Counted from the stretch's first letter, positions 38,501 to 48,458 are shown. The stretch: DNA of 64,000 nt from Bdellovibrionales bacterium (GCA_964229765.1 CAXREJ010000044.1:133426-197425); one strand, 5' to 3'. Numbers and translations: made by a program. Notes: generated by a model not told the origin, from the letters alone.

Positions 38501-38558
38501 GAATTCATATTGTGACAGTCACTATTGGGTTACACACTGCATACCCCAAAGGTGACTG

Positions 38559-39359
38559 TCACGAAGCTTCTTTTTTTCGTTTGAATAAAATAACTGCGCT
38601 GACTGAAAATAAGATTATAGATATAATCATAGATAGTGAGATGTTGGCATAAAAACCGCCTCTTGGATCATCCCTAAAAATCTCCATAATAAAGCGATTG
38701 GTGCTATGAAGAAGCAACCATAGTAAAAAAACATTGCCTAAGGCTGGTTTTTTCTTTTCGTATAAAAGTAAAAAAATAAGAATCAAAAACTCAGAAGCCG
38801 AGGCATAAATTTGAGTGGGATGGCGTAAGACAGAAGTTATCATTCCAGTATGAATGTTCACTTGCTTTAATGGAACAGCCCAGGGCCAATGGCAAACTTT
38901 CCCATAACAGCATCCGACTAAGAAACAAGCCAGTCTTCCCATGGCATAACCAAAAGCGACAACAGGGGCCAGAGTATCGTGCCAAAGCCAAAAGGTGAGT
39001 TTGAGTTTGCGCACATATAAAAAGCTGCACAGATAGGCTGTGATAAACCCACCGTAAAAAACAAAACCACCTTGCCAAAAGTAGAAGGCTTCTATGGGGT
39101 TATTTAAATAGTAACTAGGAAATTCAAATAAAATATGGAAAAGTCTGGCTCCAACAAAACCGCTGATGAGCGCAATAAGACAAATATCGAGAGCATTTTT
39201 TGTGGGGAGATTCCGGTTCTCACAACGTTTATAAAACCAAAAAATTCCAATGCAAAAAGCTAAACTAATAATAAAATAATAGGTTGGAATTTCCATAGGG
39301 CCCAAAGAAAATTGCGGCAATGGGCCCAAAGTGTAAAAATCGGGGAGCTTTTGGCTCAT
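38559..39359 (-). CDS. lgt: Prolipoprotein diacylglyceryl transferase
   Basis: GARLFHI, GGFVFYGGFI and HPTQIYAS motifs. The start MSQKLPDF at 39359 follows the lspA stop. Confidence 0.85.
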   Translation of the reverse strand: MSQKLPDFYTLGPLPQFSLGPMEIPTYYFIISLAFCIGIFWFYKRCENRNLPTKNALDICLIALISGFVGARLFHILFEFPSYYLNNPIEAFYFWQGGFVFYGGFITAYLCSFLYVRKLKLTFWLWHDTLAPVVAFGYAMGRLACFLVGCCYGKVCHWPWAVPLKQVNIHTGMITSVLRHPTQIYASASEFLILIFLLLYEKKKPALGNVFLLWLLLHSTNRFIMEIFRDDPRGGFYANISLSMIISIILFSVSAVILFKRKKEAS

Positions 39360-39364
39360 AAACC

Positions 39365-39856
39365 CTACTTTGCTTTTTGTGTCGGTGTGAGTAACTCTAG
39401 GATAATAAGGACGGTAACACCACAAACGATGGCCATATCGGCAACGTTAAAAGCCGGCCAAGCATAGGCTTGTTTATAATGGAAATCGAGAAAATCGACC
39501 ACATAACCAAAACGCAGACGATCTATGTAATTTCCTAAAGCTCCAGCAAAGACAGAGCAAAGCGCAACTTTTCGAATAGTCTCATTGTTAGGAGACATTT
39601 TTAACATGATTAAAATAACAGCCATAGCCAGTGGTGGCATTAATAAGAAGAACGTGTCTCTTGTAGTGGCCTCAACAGTACTTAACATTCCAAATGCGGC
39701 ACCATAATTGCGAACATAAGTAATGTTGAAATAATTTTTAATGACGTCGATGGATTCACCGTAACGGAAAGCCTCTAAAATATAATTTTTAGTGATTTGA
39801 TCAATCACGATCACGATGATGGATACACCAAGAAGAGTTATCAACTTATTTTTCAT
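39365..39856 (-). CDS. lspA: Lipoprotein signal peptidase II
   Basis: VRNYGAAFG and FNVADMAI motifs with 4 TM segments. Overlaps the ileS stop by 4 nt. Confidence 0.9.
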   Translation of the reverse strand: MKNKLITLLGVSIIVIVIDQITKNYILEAFRYGESIDVIKNYFNITYVRNYGAAFGMLSTVEATTRDTFFLLMPPLAMAVILIMLKMSPNNETIRKVALCSVFAGALGNYIDRLRFGYVVDFLDFHYKQAYAWPAFNVADMAIVCGVTVLIILELLTPTQKAK

Positions 39857-42609
39857 TTTAGAGCCTCGTTACACTTTGAACAAACTGGACCATATACTTC
39901 AGTGTCCTTAAGTGTATCGTAATTCCAACAACGAGGACACTTATCTCCGTCGGCTTTTTGCACTTTGACATCAATTTCTCGACCTTCGGACAAATGAATA
40001 TTTGAAATGATAAAAAACTCTTTCAATTCTCTGGCAGAGAATGATTGAAAAGTTTTTAAATCATTTTCAGGTAAGGTTAGTTCAATCTGTGCCTCAAGAC
40101 TAGAGCCAATGATTTTTTGATTGCGAGCCTCTTCTAGTTTTTTAGAAGACTCGGTGCGAACAGAGAATAAAGAAGAAAATCTTTTGCGAATTTCCTCATT
40201 GTTCCATTGAGCATCCGCTTTTGGATAACTTTCTAAGAAAACAGAATCTTCCGTTTTTCCTGGAAAATAATTGTAGGACTCTTCGCTGAGAAAAGAGGTG
40301 AGAGGTGCCATTATTTTGATAAGGTTTTCTGTCAAAATATAAACCACAGTTTGGCAAGATCTTCGCTCAAGGCCATCTGTTTTCCACGTATAGAGTCGAT
40401 CTTTGATAATGTCTAAATAGTGTGATGAGAGATCAACAGTGAAAAAGTTATTTAAGGCATGATAAACTTTGTAAAATTCAAAGTTTTCATAGTGCTCCTC
40501 TACAGTCGTCATGAATTGGTAAAGTCGGTCTAAAGCCCACTGGTCGAGAGCCGGCATTTTTTCGTAAGAGATTTTGTCCTTCTCATAGTTAAAGTCACCA
40601 ATGTTACCCAGTAAGAAGCGCATTGTGTTTCTTAGACGACGGTATGTTTCGGTTACTCGTTGAAAGCCCTCTTGGCTGTAATTCATGTCTTGGCCATAAT
40701 CTTGAGACGCGGCCCACAGTCGTAGTAACTCTGCTCCTGATTTTTTAATTAAATCAAGGGGGTCGACAACATTGCCGAGACTCTTAGACATTTTTCTTCC
40801 TTTAGAGTCATTGACAAAGTTATGTGTAAGAAGAGTTTTAAAGGGAGCCTCACCATTGGAGGCAATGGAGGTTAGAAGACTTGTTTGGAACCAACCGCGG
40901 TGTTGGTCACTGCCTTCAAGATAAAGGTCCGCTGGAAACTTTAGGCCCTCTCGTTTCTTTTGAACGGCCGCATGACAAATTCCACTATCAAACCATACAT
41001 CAAGTATGTCTTTTCCTTTTTTAAACTTTTCACTTTCGCATTGAGAGCATTTGTGACCGCTGGTTAACTCTTCAATTGGTAAATCATAGTAGGCTTCAAT
41101 GCCGAGACCATTTTCCATAGTGTCAGCGATTTTATCCATAATTTTTTCATCAATCAGAGGATGGTCACAATTCTCACAATAGAGAACAGGAAGAGGAACG
41201 CCCCAATTTCTTTGTCGACTGATACACCAGTCGGGACGATTTTCAATCATTGCTGTAAGACGCTTCACTCCCCAGTCCGGTACAAAATGGATATCGTCGA
41301 GTGCCTTTAGGGCTTTTTGACGAATATTATAGCTCTCATCATCCATAGCGATAAACCACTGACTGGTGGCCCTAAAAATGACGGGTGTTTTTGTTCTCCA
41401 GCAATGGGGATAACTGTGTTTGATGTCTCGACGGGCAAGTAAGAGTCCTAATTGAGTTAAGTCTTCAATGATAGGCTCGTTAGCTTTAAAAACATTCATG
41501 CCTTCGTATTTTGGGAACTCGTTGGTGTAGGCTCCATTAGGCCCAACAGGACTGAGCAATGGAAGATCGTATTTCATCCCAACAATATAATCGTCTTGTC
41601 CATGGCCTGGGGCTGTGTGAACCACGCCACTTCCAGCTTCTAAAGTCACATGGTCACCTAAGATGAATAAAGAATCTCTATCAATGAAAGGATGTTTGGC
41701 TTTTTCTCTTTCAAACTCTGTGCCGAGAAAATACTTTTTCGGATCTTGTAAACTAACCTCTGTTGCCTCTTCAAACTTTTCTTTGATTTCTTTAGCAATC
41801 AGTAGATAAGAATCGCCAGAGTCAAAAAAACCATATTCATAATCAGGATTAAGTGCCACGGCTTGGTTAGCTGGTAAAGTCCAAGGAGTGGTTGTCCAGA
41901 TAACACAATAAACAGGTTTATCAAAAGAGCCAAACTTCTCACTCGGGTTATAAGGAAACTTAACATAAATGGAAGGGCTGGTGTGATCGTGGTATTCAAT
42001 TTCTGCCTCAGCCAATGCTGTTTGCAGTGGTATGCACCAGTAAACCGGTTTTTGTCCTTGAGTGATAACACCATTTTTATAGTTGCGAGCAAACTCACGC
42101 ACTTCTTCGGCTTCATAGGCGGGGTTGAGAGTGAGATAAGGATTTTCCCATTCCCCTAAGATTCCAAGTCGAATAAACTCTGACTTTTGAGTATCCACCC
42201 ACTTTTGCGCCTCTTCACGACAGAGCAAGCGAATTTCTTTATCTGTTTTTTCACGAACTTTAGGCCCTAGTTTTTTGGTAATATTGTGTTCAATAGGAAG
42301 GCCGTGACAGTCCCAACCAGGAATATAAGGCGCTTCAAATCCAGACATGTTTTTATATTTAATAACGAAATCTTTAAGGCACTTATTAAGGGTGTGCCCC
42401 ATATGGATGTGACCGTTGGCATAAGGAGGGCCATCGGGCATTGTGAAATTCTTTTGTCCCTTATTTTTCTCAACCATACGTTTATAAATATCTTGGTTGG
42501 TCCATTGGTCGATCATTTCGGGTTCCCTTTGTGCCAGGTTGGCTTTCATTGGAAACTGGGTTTGGGGTAGATTGATTGAATCTTTTATGGCCTGTTTTTG
42601 GTCTGACAT
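39853..42609 (-). CDS. ileS: Isoleucine--tRNA ligase
   Basis: HIGH-type PYANGHIHMGH, KMSKS, and a C-terminal Zn-binding CPRCWNY...CSKC. ATG 42609 is preferred because AGGAG lies 7 nt upstream. Confidence 0.95.
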   Translation of the reverse strand: MSDQKQAIKDSINLPQTQFPMKANLAQREPEMIDQWTNQDIYKRMVEKNKGQKNFTMPDGPPYANGHIHMGHTLNKCLKDFVIKYKNMSGFEAPYIPGWDCHGLPIEHNITKKLGPKVREKTDKEIRLLCREEAQKWVDTQKSEFIRLGILGEWENPYLTLNPAYEAEEVREFARNYKNGVITQGQKPVYWCIPLQTALAEAEIEYHDHTSPSIYVKFPYNPSEKFGSFDKPVYCVIWTTTPWTLPANQAVALNPDYEYGFFDSGDSYLLIAKEIKEKFEEATEVSLQDPKKYFLGTEFEREKAKHPFIDRDSLFILGDHVTLEAGSGVVHTAPGHGQDDYIVGMKYDLPLLSPVGPNGAYTNEFPKYEGMNVFKANEPIIEDLTQLGLLLARRDIKHSYPHCWRTKTPVIFRATSQWFIAMDDESYNIRQKALKALDDIHFVPDWGVKRLTAMIENRPDWCISRQRNWGVPLPVLYCENCDHPLIDEKIMDKIADTMENGLGIEAYYDLPIEELTSGHKCSQCESEKFKKGKDILDVWFDSGICHAAVQKKREGLKFPADLYLEGSDQHRGWFQTSLLTSIASNGEAPFKTLLTHNFVNDSKGRKMSKSLGNVVDPLDLIKKSGAELLRLWAASQDYGQDMNYSQEGFQRVTETYRRLRNTMRFLLGNIGDFNYEKDKISYEKMPALDQWALDRLYQFMTTVEEHYENFEFYKVYHALNNFFTVDLSSHYLDIIKDRLYTWKTDGLERRSCQTVVYILTENLIKIMAPLTSFLSEESYNYFPGKTEDSVFLESYPKADAQWNNEEIRKRFSSLFSVRTESSKKLEEARNQKIIGSSLEAQIELTLPENDLKTFQSFSARELKEFFIISNIHLSEGREIDVKVQKADGDKCPRCWNYDTLKDTEVYGPVCSKCNEALK

Positions 42610-42824
42610 TGATAGGCTCCTCATCCTTCAATTTGTCCAGTCGTGACTCGTTTTGATCTCAACGCTGTAACTCCGGTTTTTGGGAATAGAAAATTTTTTC
42701 CCTTTATTCAGAGTGACAGGGTATTTCGTTCAGAAAGATATTGTGAATCGACTGGACAGCAATACTCATTCTTCAGAACAATACATCAAAATAGATGAAT
42801 TATCATGGGTGAAGATAGGGTCAA

Positions 42825-43463
42825 TTAATTTATGTCGGAAAGCTTCTCAAATCCGAGTGTGATAAGCACTCTCAGGGCTTCTTCTTGACTACTGAGATTG
42901 AGTCGCGATTGGGTTTTTTCCAGTCTTTCTAGAGATAAGGGGTCAAGATTGTCGAGTGTGTCTGTGGCGGGACTATTGATCTGAAAATTGGTTTTTTCAA
43001 ATTGAAAAAGAGGCTTAGATTTTTGATTTTGGTATTTCACCACGGACTCCATTGGAGAGGGTTCTTCCAAAGTGGCTTTGCGTGTGGCTTGGGCCACTTC
43101 CTCGGTTCTTTGAGCGGGAGGCGTGCTGAGCGGTTGAGAACTCTCTGTGTGATAACTGATTGACTGATTTCCACTGTTAAATTCATCAAGACTGGTGGCC
43201 AAGTTTTTTAAGTCCGAAATAAACTGCTTAGAGCTTACAGGAGCATCATGGTCATTCAATCGTTGAGATTTGCGGTAAAGACTGACTAACCTTTCGGGAG
43301 TGTGGACGCTGTTTCGCACGGGCTCAGGTTGGTTTTGTAACCAATTAAAGGCCTGTTGTAAAATGTCTCGCGTGTAGGCCTCGGGAGGCAGGTCAGTGCT
43401 CATAGGGGCACAGATACTAACGATAACAAGACCGTTGGAGCAATCGAAAAAATAAAAACTCAC
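42825..43463 (-). CDS. Hypothetical protein
   Basis: 212-aa ORF with no recognisable motif. The start is uncertain (alternative MSTDLPPEAY at 43403). Confidence 0.4.
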   Translation of the reverse strand: MSFYFFDCSNGLVIVSICAPMSTDLPPEAYTRDILQQAFNWLQNQPEPVRNSVHTPERLVSLYRKSQRLNDHDAPVSSKQFISDLKNLATSLDEFNSGNQSISYHTESSQPLSTPPAQRTEEVAQATRKATLEEPSPMESVVKYQNQKSKPLFQFEKTNFQINSPATDTLDNLDPLSLERLEKTQSRLNLSSQEEALRVLITLGFEKLSDIN

Positions 43464-43626
43464 ACGTTGCCTTTTATAAAAGCAAAATAAAATTAGGTAA
43501 CTGGCCGAATATCCTCGATTTTGTAATTTTTAAGGCACAGACCAGGATAATTTTTCAAAGGTTGCATTAAGTTTAAGAACAAAAAATTACGATTTGCGTC
43601 ACTACTTATAAGCTTTGGGGGCAGCC

Positions 43627-45924
43627 TTAGTCATCAATACCCGATGAGTTTTTAAAAATAAGATCCGTGTCTTTGGCTTTTTCTTCTGGAATTTTCAAAT
43701 CCAGTAAGTCATCCGCTGAAATGGTTTCTTTGTGAACAGTGCTTGGAAAGTCGAAATCGCGATTGGAATATATTTTTGCAATTTCCCTCATATAGCGACT
43801 CCAAATGGGGAGAGCCCCTGAGGCTCCAGTTAAATTGTGAGGAGTGCCATTGTCGTAGCCAACCCAAGTGATAGCGGCGTGAAAAGGAGTGAAGCCAGCA
43901 AACCAAGCATCTTTGGTGTCAGAGGTGGTTCCTGTTTTTCCAGCAGCAATATGGCGAAATCCCATCTTGCGAGAGAAGGCGCCGGTGCCAGAAATCAGAG
44001 TTTCTTTCAACATCCCGATAAGAACCCCATAGTCATCGCGATTTCCCACTTGTTCTGTTAAGGGGTCGTGCTCATAAACAATTTCATTTTTTTGATTTTT
44101 TATAGATTTAACGATTTGTAATTCTTGTTTCACGCCCAGTTGAGATAGGCTGTTGTAAACTTTTAAAACTTCCAGAGGATTAAGTTCAAAAGCACCGAGA
44201 GCGAGTGAGGGATACTCTTTGAGTTTGGAAGTCACTCCCAAGTTTCTAGCTGTTTCGATGACTTTATCTAATCCGGTTTCCATGGCAAGTCTGGCTGTAG
44301 GAATATTTTTAGATTCTTTCAAGGCATAGAACATAGGGAGTGGGGCTGAAAACTTTCCGTCGTAATTGCGAGGTTCCCAAACTTGTCGATCATATTCTAA
44401 TTTTAAAGGTGAGTTATCAATCAAAGTCATGGGGTTTCGTTCAAGCCCCCCTTCGGTGAGATTTTGTAGAGCAGACAGGTAGACTAGGGGCTTTATGATC
44501 GAACCCACTTGTCTCTGGGATTCCACTGCACGATTGTAAGGACTTGTTTTAAAATCTCTCCCACCAACAATAGCCACAACTTCTCCAGTGATGGGATTGC
44601 TTGCTAAGAGGGCTGCTTGTAAATCTAACTTTTGTTCTTTTTTAATTTTAACGATAGAGGGGAAAGAGGTTTCAAAAGATTGAATGCTGTCTTTTACCGC
44701 TTTCTCAGCCAGATTTTGAGCGACAGGGTCAAGGGCTGTATAGATTGATAGCCCTGAGCGGTCCTCAAACCCCTTGGATTTTAAGACTTTATTAACGGCA
44801 TCCACATAATAAGGAGCTGATGCGGATAGACCTGGTTTAATCTCTGTGGGAAGAGGGGATTTTTGCGCTTCTTCTTTTTCGCTGACGCTAATAAGTTCGT
44901 GTTCCACCATTTTTTCAAGGACCCGTTCTCTACGGTCTTTTGCTTTTTCAGGATGGCGCACGGGATTGTATCGCCCGGGATTGTTTACGATAGCGGCCAG
45001 GAGGGCACACTCTGGTAAATTGAGATCATCAATCCTTTTTTGAAAATAAAACTCAGAGGCTGACCCGTATCCTCGCACTTCAAAGACACCACTTTGTCCA
45101 AGGTAGATAATATTGAGGTAAGTTTCTAGTATGTCATCTTTAGAAACTCGAAACTCAAAGATGAGAGCCATGATAATTTCTTTGAGTTTTCTTGTGATGG
45201 TTTTTTCAGGAGAGAGAAAGTAGTTTTTTACCAACTGCTGAGTGATGGTGCTGCCACCCTGGGAGTAGCCTGCTTTTCTAATATTAGCAAGAACAGCCCT
45301 AATAAAACCTTTGGGGCTGAACCCACTGTGCTCTAAGAATTGCGGATCTTCTATGGCAATGATGGCATCCAAACAGTAGCGAGGAATATCTCCGATATCT
45401 GTTTGGATCTGTTGAGTGGGTTTATTTCCTAAATATTGGGCAAATAATTCAGCTTCACCATGAGCCACAAGGGATGGGAGAAAGTCTTCTCCCTTAAAGA
45501 TGCTGGTTATTTGGTCAAGCTCGTTGAGATTGATAAGATTGAGTTCATTTTGTTGATTGGAGCGATAAAGTAAGCAGGAAAAAATCTCTGTGGTTTCATC
45601 TGTGAGAGAGCTGCATTGCTGAGAATTGCCAAGGCTGTAATCTCCTTTTTGTAGAGGAGAACCAAAGGGTCGTTCTCGATAATCTTTGTTCTCAAAATAA
45701 GATTGAAAACTTTTGGGACTGCGAAATTGGCCCACAAAAAAAGAATCGGGACTGGAATAGTATTGGGTGGGTGATAGAAATCTTTTTTCTCTCACTAAAC
45801 TTTGAATTTTGTGGTCAGTGTAGGCCACGATCAACAAAGCAATGATGAAAAGCGTCAAAAGACCGAAGAGTAAAAGCTTTATTCTTGAAAGTTTCATCTT
45901 ACTTGACATTAGGCGCACACCCAC
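43627..45924 (-). CDS. Class A penicillin-binding protein (PBP1A-type transglycosylase/transpeptidase)
   Basis: GT51 motifs EDPQFLEHSGF, GGSTITQQL and RKLKE. Transpeptidase motifs SIIKP and KTGTT. N-terminal TM anchor. Confidence 0.85.
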   Translation of the reverse strand: MGVRLMSSKMKLSRIKLLLFGLLTLFIIALLIVAYTDHKIQSLVREKRFLSPTQYYSSPDSFFVGQFRSPKSFQSYFENKDYRERPFGSPLQKGDYSLGNSQQCSSLTDETTEIFSCLLYRSNQQNELNLINLNELDQITSIFKGEDFLPSLVAHGEAELFAQYLGNKPTQQIQTDIGDIPRYCLDAIIAIEDPQFLEHSGFSPKGFIRAVLANIRKAGYSQGGSTITQQLVKNYFLSPEKTITRKLKEIIMALIFEFRVSKDDILETYLNIIYLGQSGVFEVRGYGSASEFYFQKRIDDLNLPECALLAAIVNNPGRYNPVRHPEKAKDRRERVLEKMVEHELISVSEKEEAQKSPLPTEIKPGLSASAPYYVDAVNKVLKSKGFEDRSGLSIYTALDPVAQNLAEKAVKDSIQSFETSFPSIVKIKKEQKLDLQAALLASNPITGEVVAIVGGRDFKTSPYNRAVESQRQVGSIIKPLVYLSALQNLTEGGLERNPMTLIDNSPLKLEYDRQVWEPRNYDGKFSAPLPMFYALKESKNIPTARLAMETGLDKVIETARNLGVTSKLKEYPSLALGAFELNPLEVLKVYNSLSQLGVKQELQIVKSIKNQKNEIVYEHDPLTEQVGNRDDYGVLIGMLKETLISGTGAFSRKMGFRHIAAGKTGTTSDTKDAWFAGFTPFHAAITWVGYDNGTPHNLTGASGALPIWSRYMREIAKIYSNRDFDFPSTVHKETISADDLLDLKIPEEKAKDTDLIFKNSSGIDD

Positions 45925-45939
45925 GTTTAGTCAAAGCCT

Positions 45940-46218
45940 ATGAAAATGACATCCAATATGATTGAAAGCCTTGTACGTCGAACCCTTGGTAATCTTGAGA
46001 AAAAAAAATTAGTGACCTTCAATAAGTCTAAGGAAGCTATTTTTGCTCGTGCCAAAGAAATCATCGAAAAAGACTTCCAGAAGGAGTCAAAGCTCGATGA
46101 AGAAGTGATGAGAATGCTTGATGATATTGAAAAAGAACAAACTGATCAGTTTGAACGTCATCGCATGTTTAAAATGTTAAAGAAGAAAGTGGCTGACGAA
46201 AGAGGTATTGTCTTATGA
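45940..46218 (+). CDS. DUF507-like small protein
   Basis: 92-aa charged helical protein whose pattern resembles DUF507. Overlaps a paralogous second copy by 4 nt. Confidence 0.5.
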   Translation: MKMTSNMIESLVRRTLGNLEKKKLVTFNKSKEAIFARAKEIIEKDFQKESKLDEEVMRMLDDIEKEQTDQFERHRMFKMLKKKVADERGIVL

Positions 46219-46496
46219 TTTTAAGTGAAGATCGTCAGAAACTATTCGCGCACTTACTAATAGATGGTCTGTGGGGCGATGAATTTATTGATTTCGATGA
46301 AGACTCTGAAGAAGTGATCATCCGTGAAACAAAGAGATTGATTGCTGAATGGGTGAATGAACAAGGTGACATTGATCAAGAGGTCAGAAACAAAATCAAT
46401 AATCTCAAACGTGATGTTCCTGAAGGTAGTTCAGAATATCGAGTCTTATATAAAAAATATTACGATGAAGAAATGTCTCGTCGAGGCTTTAAATAA
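46215..46496 (+). CDS. DUF507-like small protein (second copy)
   Basis: 93 aa, MILSEDRQKLFAHLLIDGL.... Translationally coupled to the previous ORF. Confidence 0.5.
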   Translation: MILSEDRQKLFAHLLIDGLWGDEFIDFDEDSEEVIIRETKRLIAEWVNEQGDIDQEVRNKINNLKRDVPEGSSEYRVLYKKYYDEEMSRRGFK

Positions 46497-46517
46497 TTAA
46501 AATTAACTTTATTACTA

Positions 46518-48023
46518 TTGAATAAAACAAAGAGGAGGCCCTCGTTGAAAAAAACTTTTATCACTTTGATCACTGTCTTGACTTCGCAAGCACTTTTGGC
46601 TGGAGACATTAAGTGGGAGGGAACTTACCGCTTTGAAGCTTTGAAAGTCTTCAATCCTAGCATGGCCAATGGGGGAACTGATAAATCTTATATGCTTCAC
46701 CATATGACTTTACGCCCTCAGTTCCAGGCATTTGATGGCTTAAGAATTCATGGTCGCTTTGATTTGTTTAATAGCAATCGTTACCCAAATGATCAGTTGG
46801 GACAAACCTTTGGGCAAGGGGTGAACTCGACTCCAGGAACCATTGCAGGGCCTGGTGCTGGAGGCACTCCTCAAAATGGTGGTTTAGGTTCACAAACAAA
46901 TGGTAGTAATTCCAATACCATTAGTGATCAACAAGCCGCTGGTTTTATGGCTATTAATGAACTTTATGCTAACTGGATTCATGAGTTCGGTGTTTTAACT
47001 GTTGGACGTGCTCCGATGCATTTTGGTTTGGGAATGCAGTTTAATGGTGGTTTTGGCGTTTTTGATCACTGGTTAGAAAACCGTGATTTAATTGCTTACA
47101 AAATTGTTATGGGTAACTTTAGTGTTATGCCTGTTCTTGCGAAAACCTATGAGGGGTATTTAGATCAAGAAGATGATGTGAATGATTACATTCTTCAACT
47201 AAATTACAATAACCCTGAAACCGAACTTGAAGTTGGCTTTATATATCAAGCTCGAAGATCCACTAGTAATGCAAATAGTAACGATACCCCAATAGCTCCC
47301 ATTGGAGATGCTGGAACAGTATTGTCTGATAACTATGAAGTGGATTCTTACAACGTTTTTGTTTCTCAGTGGGTGGATGCTGTTAAAGTGGCCTTTGAAG
47401 TGGGCTTTATGAGTGGAAACACGGGCTTATCAACAGGTGGTGCTGAGATTAAGCATGATGCTTTTGGAGGAGCTGTTGAGATCTCGTGGATGCCTGAAGG
47501 TTCAAGTTGGGGCACGACTTTTGACCTGGGTTATGCCAGTGGTGATGATCCCTCAACACCTAATGTTTACGAAGGTTATGTGTTTGATCAAAACTATGAT
47601 GTGGCCTTTCTTTTGTTCAATCATCCCATGGGAACAGCCGATTTTTTTAGAACAGCTTATATGAGAAACATCAGCAACGGCGCGCCTGCTGCGACTTTTT
47701 CCGCTGGAAATTCTTTTGATACGGAAGCGATCAGTAATACAATTTATGCTTCCGGAGCTTTTCATTACAAATGGTATCAGAAATATCACTTAGAAACGCG
47801 CTTAACTTATGCGCAATTAAATAAGGATCCATTGAATGCAGGTGTGGACTCCAATGCTGGCCTTGAGTTAGACTTGAGTTTGAAATACGAACCTTTTAAA
47901 GGTTTTCAATGGGTTAACCGCGCTGGAATATTTATGCCTGGTGCGGCCTTTGAAGGAGGAACTAACAATCTTCCAATTAATAATGCATTTGGATTTGAAA
48001 CCAAAGCCGCCATCAGCTTTTGA
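46518..48023 (+). CDS. Porin-like outer-membrane beta-barrel protein
   Basis: TTG start and signal peptide ...TSQALLA/GD. G/N/S/Y-rich amphipathic strands and C-terminal ...ETKAAISF. Confidence 0.55.
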   Translation: MNKTKRRPSLKKTFITLITVLTSQALLAGDIKWEGTYRFEALKVFNPSMANGGTDKSYMLHHMTLRPQFQAFDGLRIHGRFDLFNSNRYPNDQLGQTFGQGVNSTPGTIAGPGAGGTPQNGGLGSQTNGSNSNTISDQQAAGFMAINELYANWIHEFGVLTVGRAPMHFGLGMQFNGGFGVFDHWLENRDLIAYKIVMGNFSVMPVLAKTYEGYLDQEDDVNDYILQLNYNNPETELEVGFIYQARRSTSNANSNDTPIAPIGDAGTVLSDNYEVDSYNVFVSQWVDAVKVAFEVGFMSGNTGLSTGGAEIKHDAFGGAVEISWMPEGSSWGTTFDLGYASGDDPSTPNVYEGYVFDQNYDVAFLLFNHPMGTADFFRTAYMRNISNGAPAATFSAGNSFDTEAISNTIYASGAFHYKWYQKYHLETRLTYAQLNKDPLNAGVDSNAGLELDLSLKYEPFKGFQWVNRAGIFMPGAAFEGGTNNLPINNAFGFETKAAISF

Positions 48024-48096
48024 TATCACCAAGGACATCATCTTAGTCAAAACAATTTACTAGCAACTTTGGCACAACTTTGAGGCGGAGCAGGGG

Positions 48097-48126
48097 CCCC
48101 GAGGGTAAAACCTCGGGGTTTTTTAT
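48097..48126 (+). terminator. Rho-independent terminator
   Basis: ccccgagg-gtaaaa-cctcgggg followed by TTTTTTATTTTT. Confidence 0.8.
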
Positions 48127-48140
48127 TTTTATAACCCTAC

Positions 48141-48245
48141 AAAATTGTTTTTCTGAACATTAGATTGTTTGTCTGATTATAAAATTGTCATTCTGAGGGT
48201 AGCGAAGAATCTTAGAGCAGATCCTTCCCATGCGTTCAGGACGAC
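48141..48245. repeat. Three 20-nt tandem units running into a ~60-nt imperfect hairpin element (TCATTCTGAG family)
   Basis: Units are aaaattgtttttctgaacat, tagattgtttgtctgattat and aaaattgtcattctgagggt, at 48141, 48161 and 48181. The arms gtcattctgagggtagcgaagaatc and gatccttcccatgcgttcaggacgac form an imperfect inverted repeat. A related copy lies at 35640-35700. Confidence 0.55.
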
Positions 48246-48458
48246 AGTCTCGATATAGGTTTAGGGTTTGGTATGAAATAGTGTTCATACTCATGGTGAC
48301 ATGGATTTGATGATCAGAACGACATAGTGTTCACACATAGGATGATAGATCACAATCAATAAGTCGAGTAAAGTACGACTGTGCAGACAAATAAGCCGCT
48401 ATTTGTGATTTGAGAAAGAAGGTCTCTACCTCTGTCTCAGAACTGTACGAAAGTCGTC

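Noticed and set aside
42610-42824. T-box leader for ileS
   Set aside because: No T-box consensus (AAnnnGGGTGGTACCGCG) or specifier-loop architecture is recognisable on the minus strand.
48141-48200. CRISPR array
   Set aside because: There are only three degenerate 20-nt units with no spacers between them, and no cas genes anywhere in the window.
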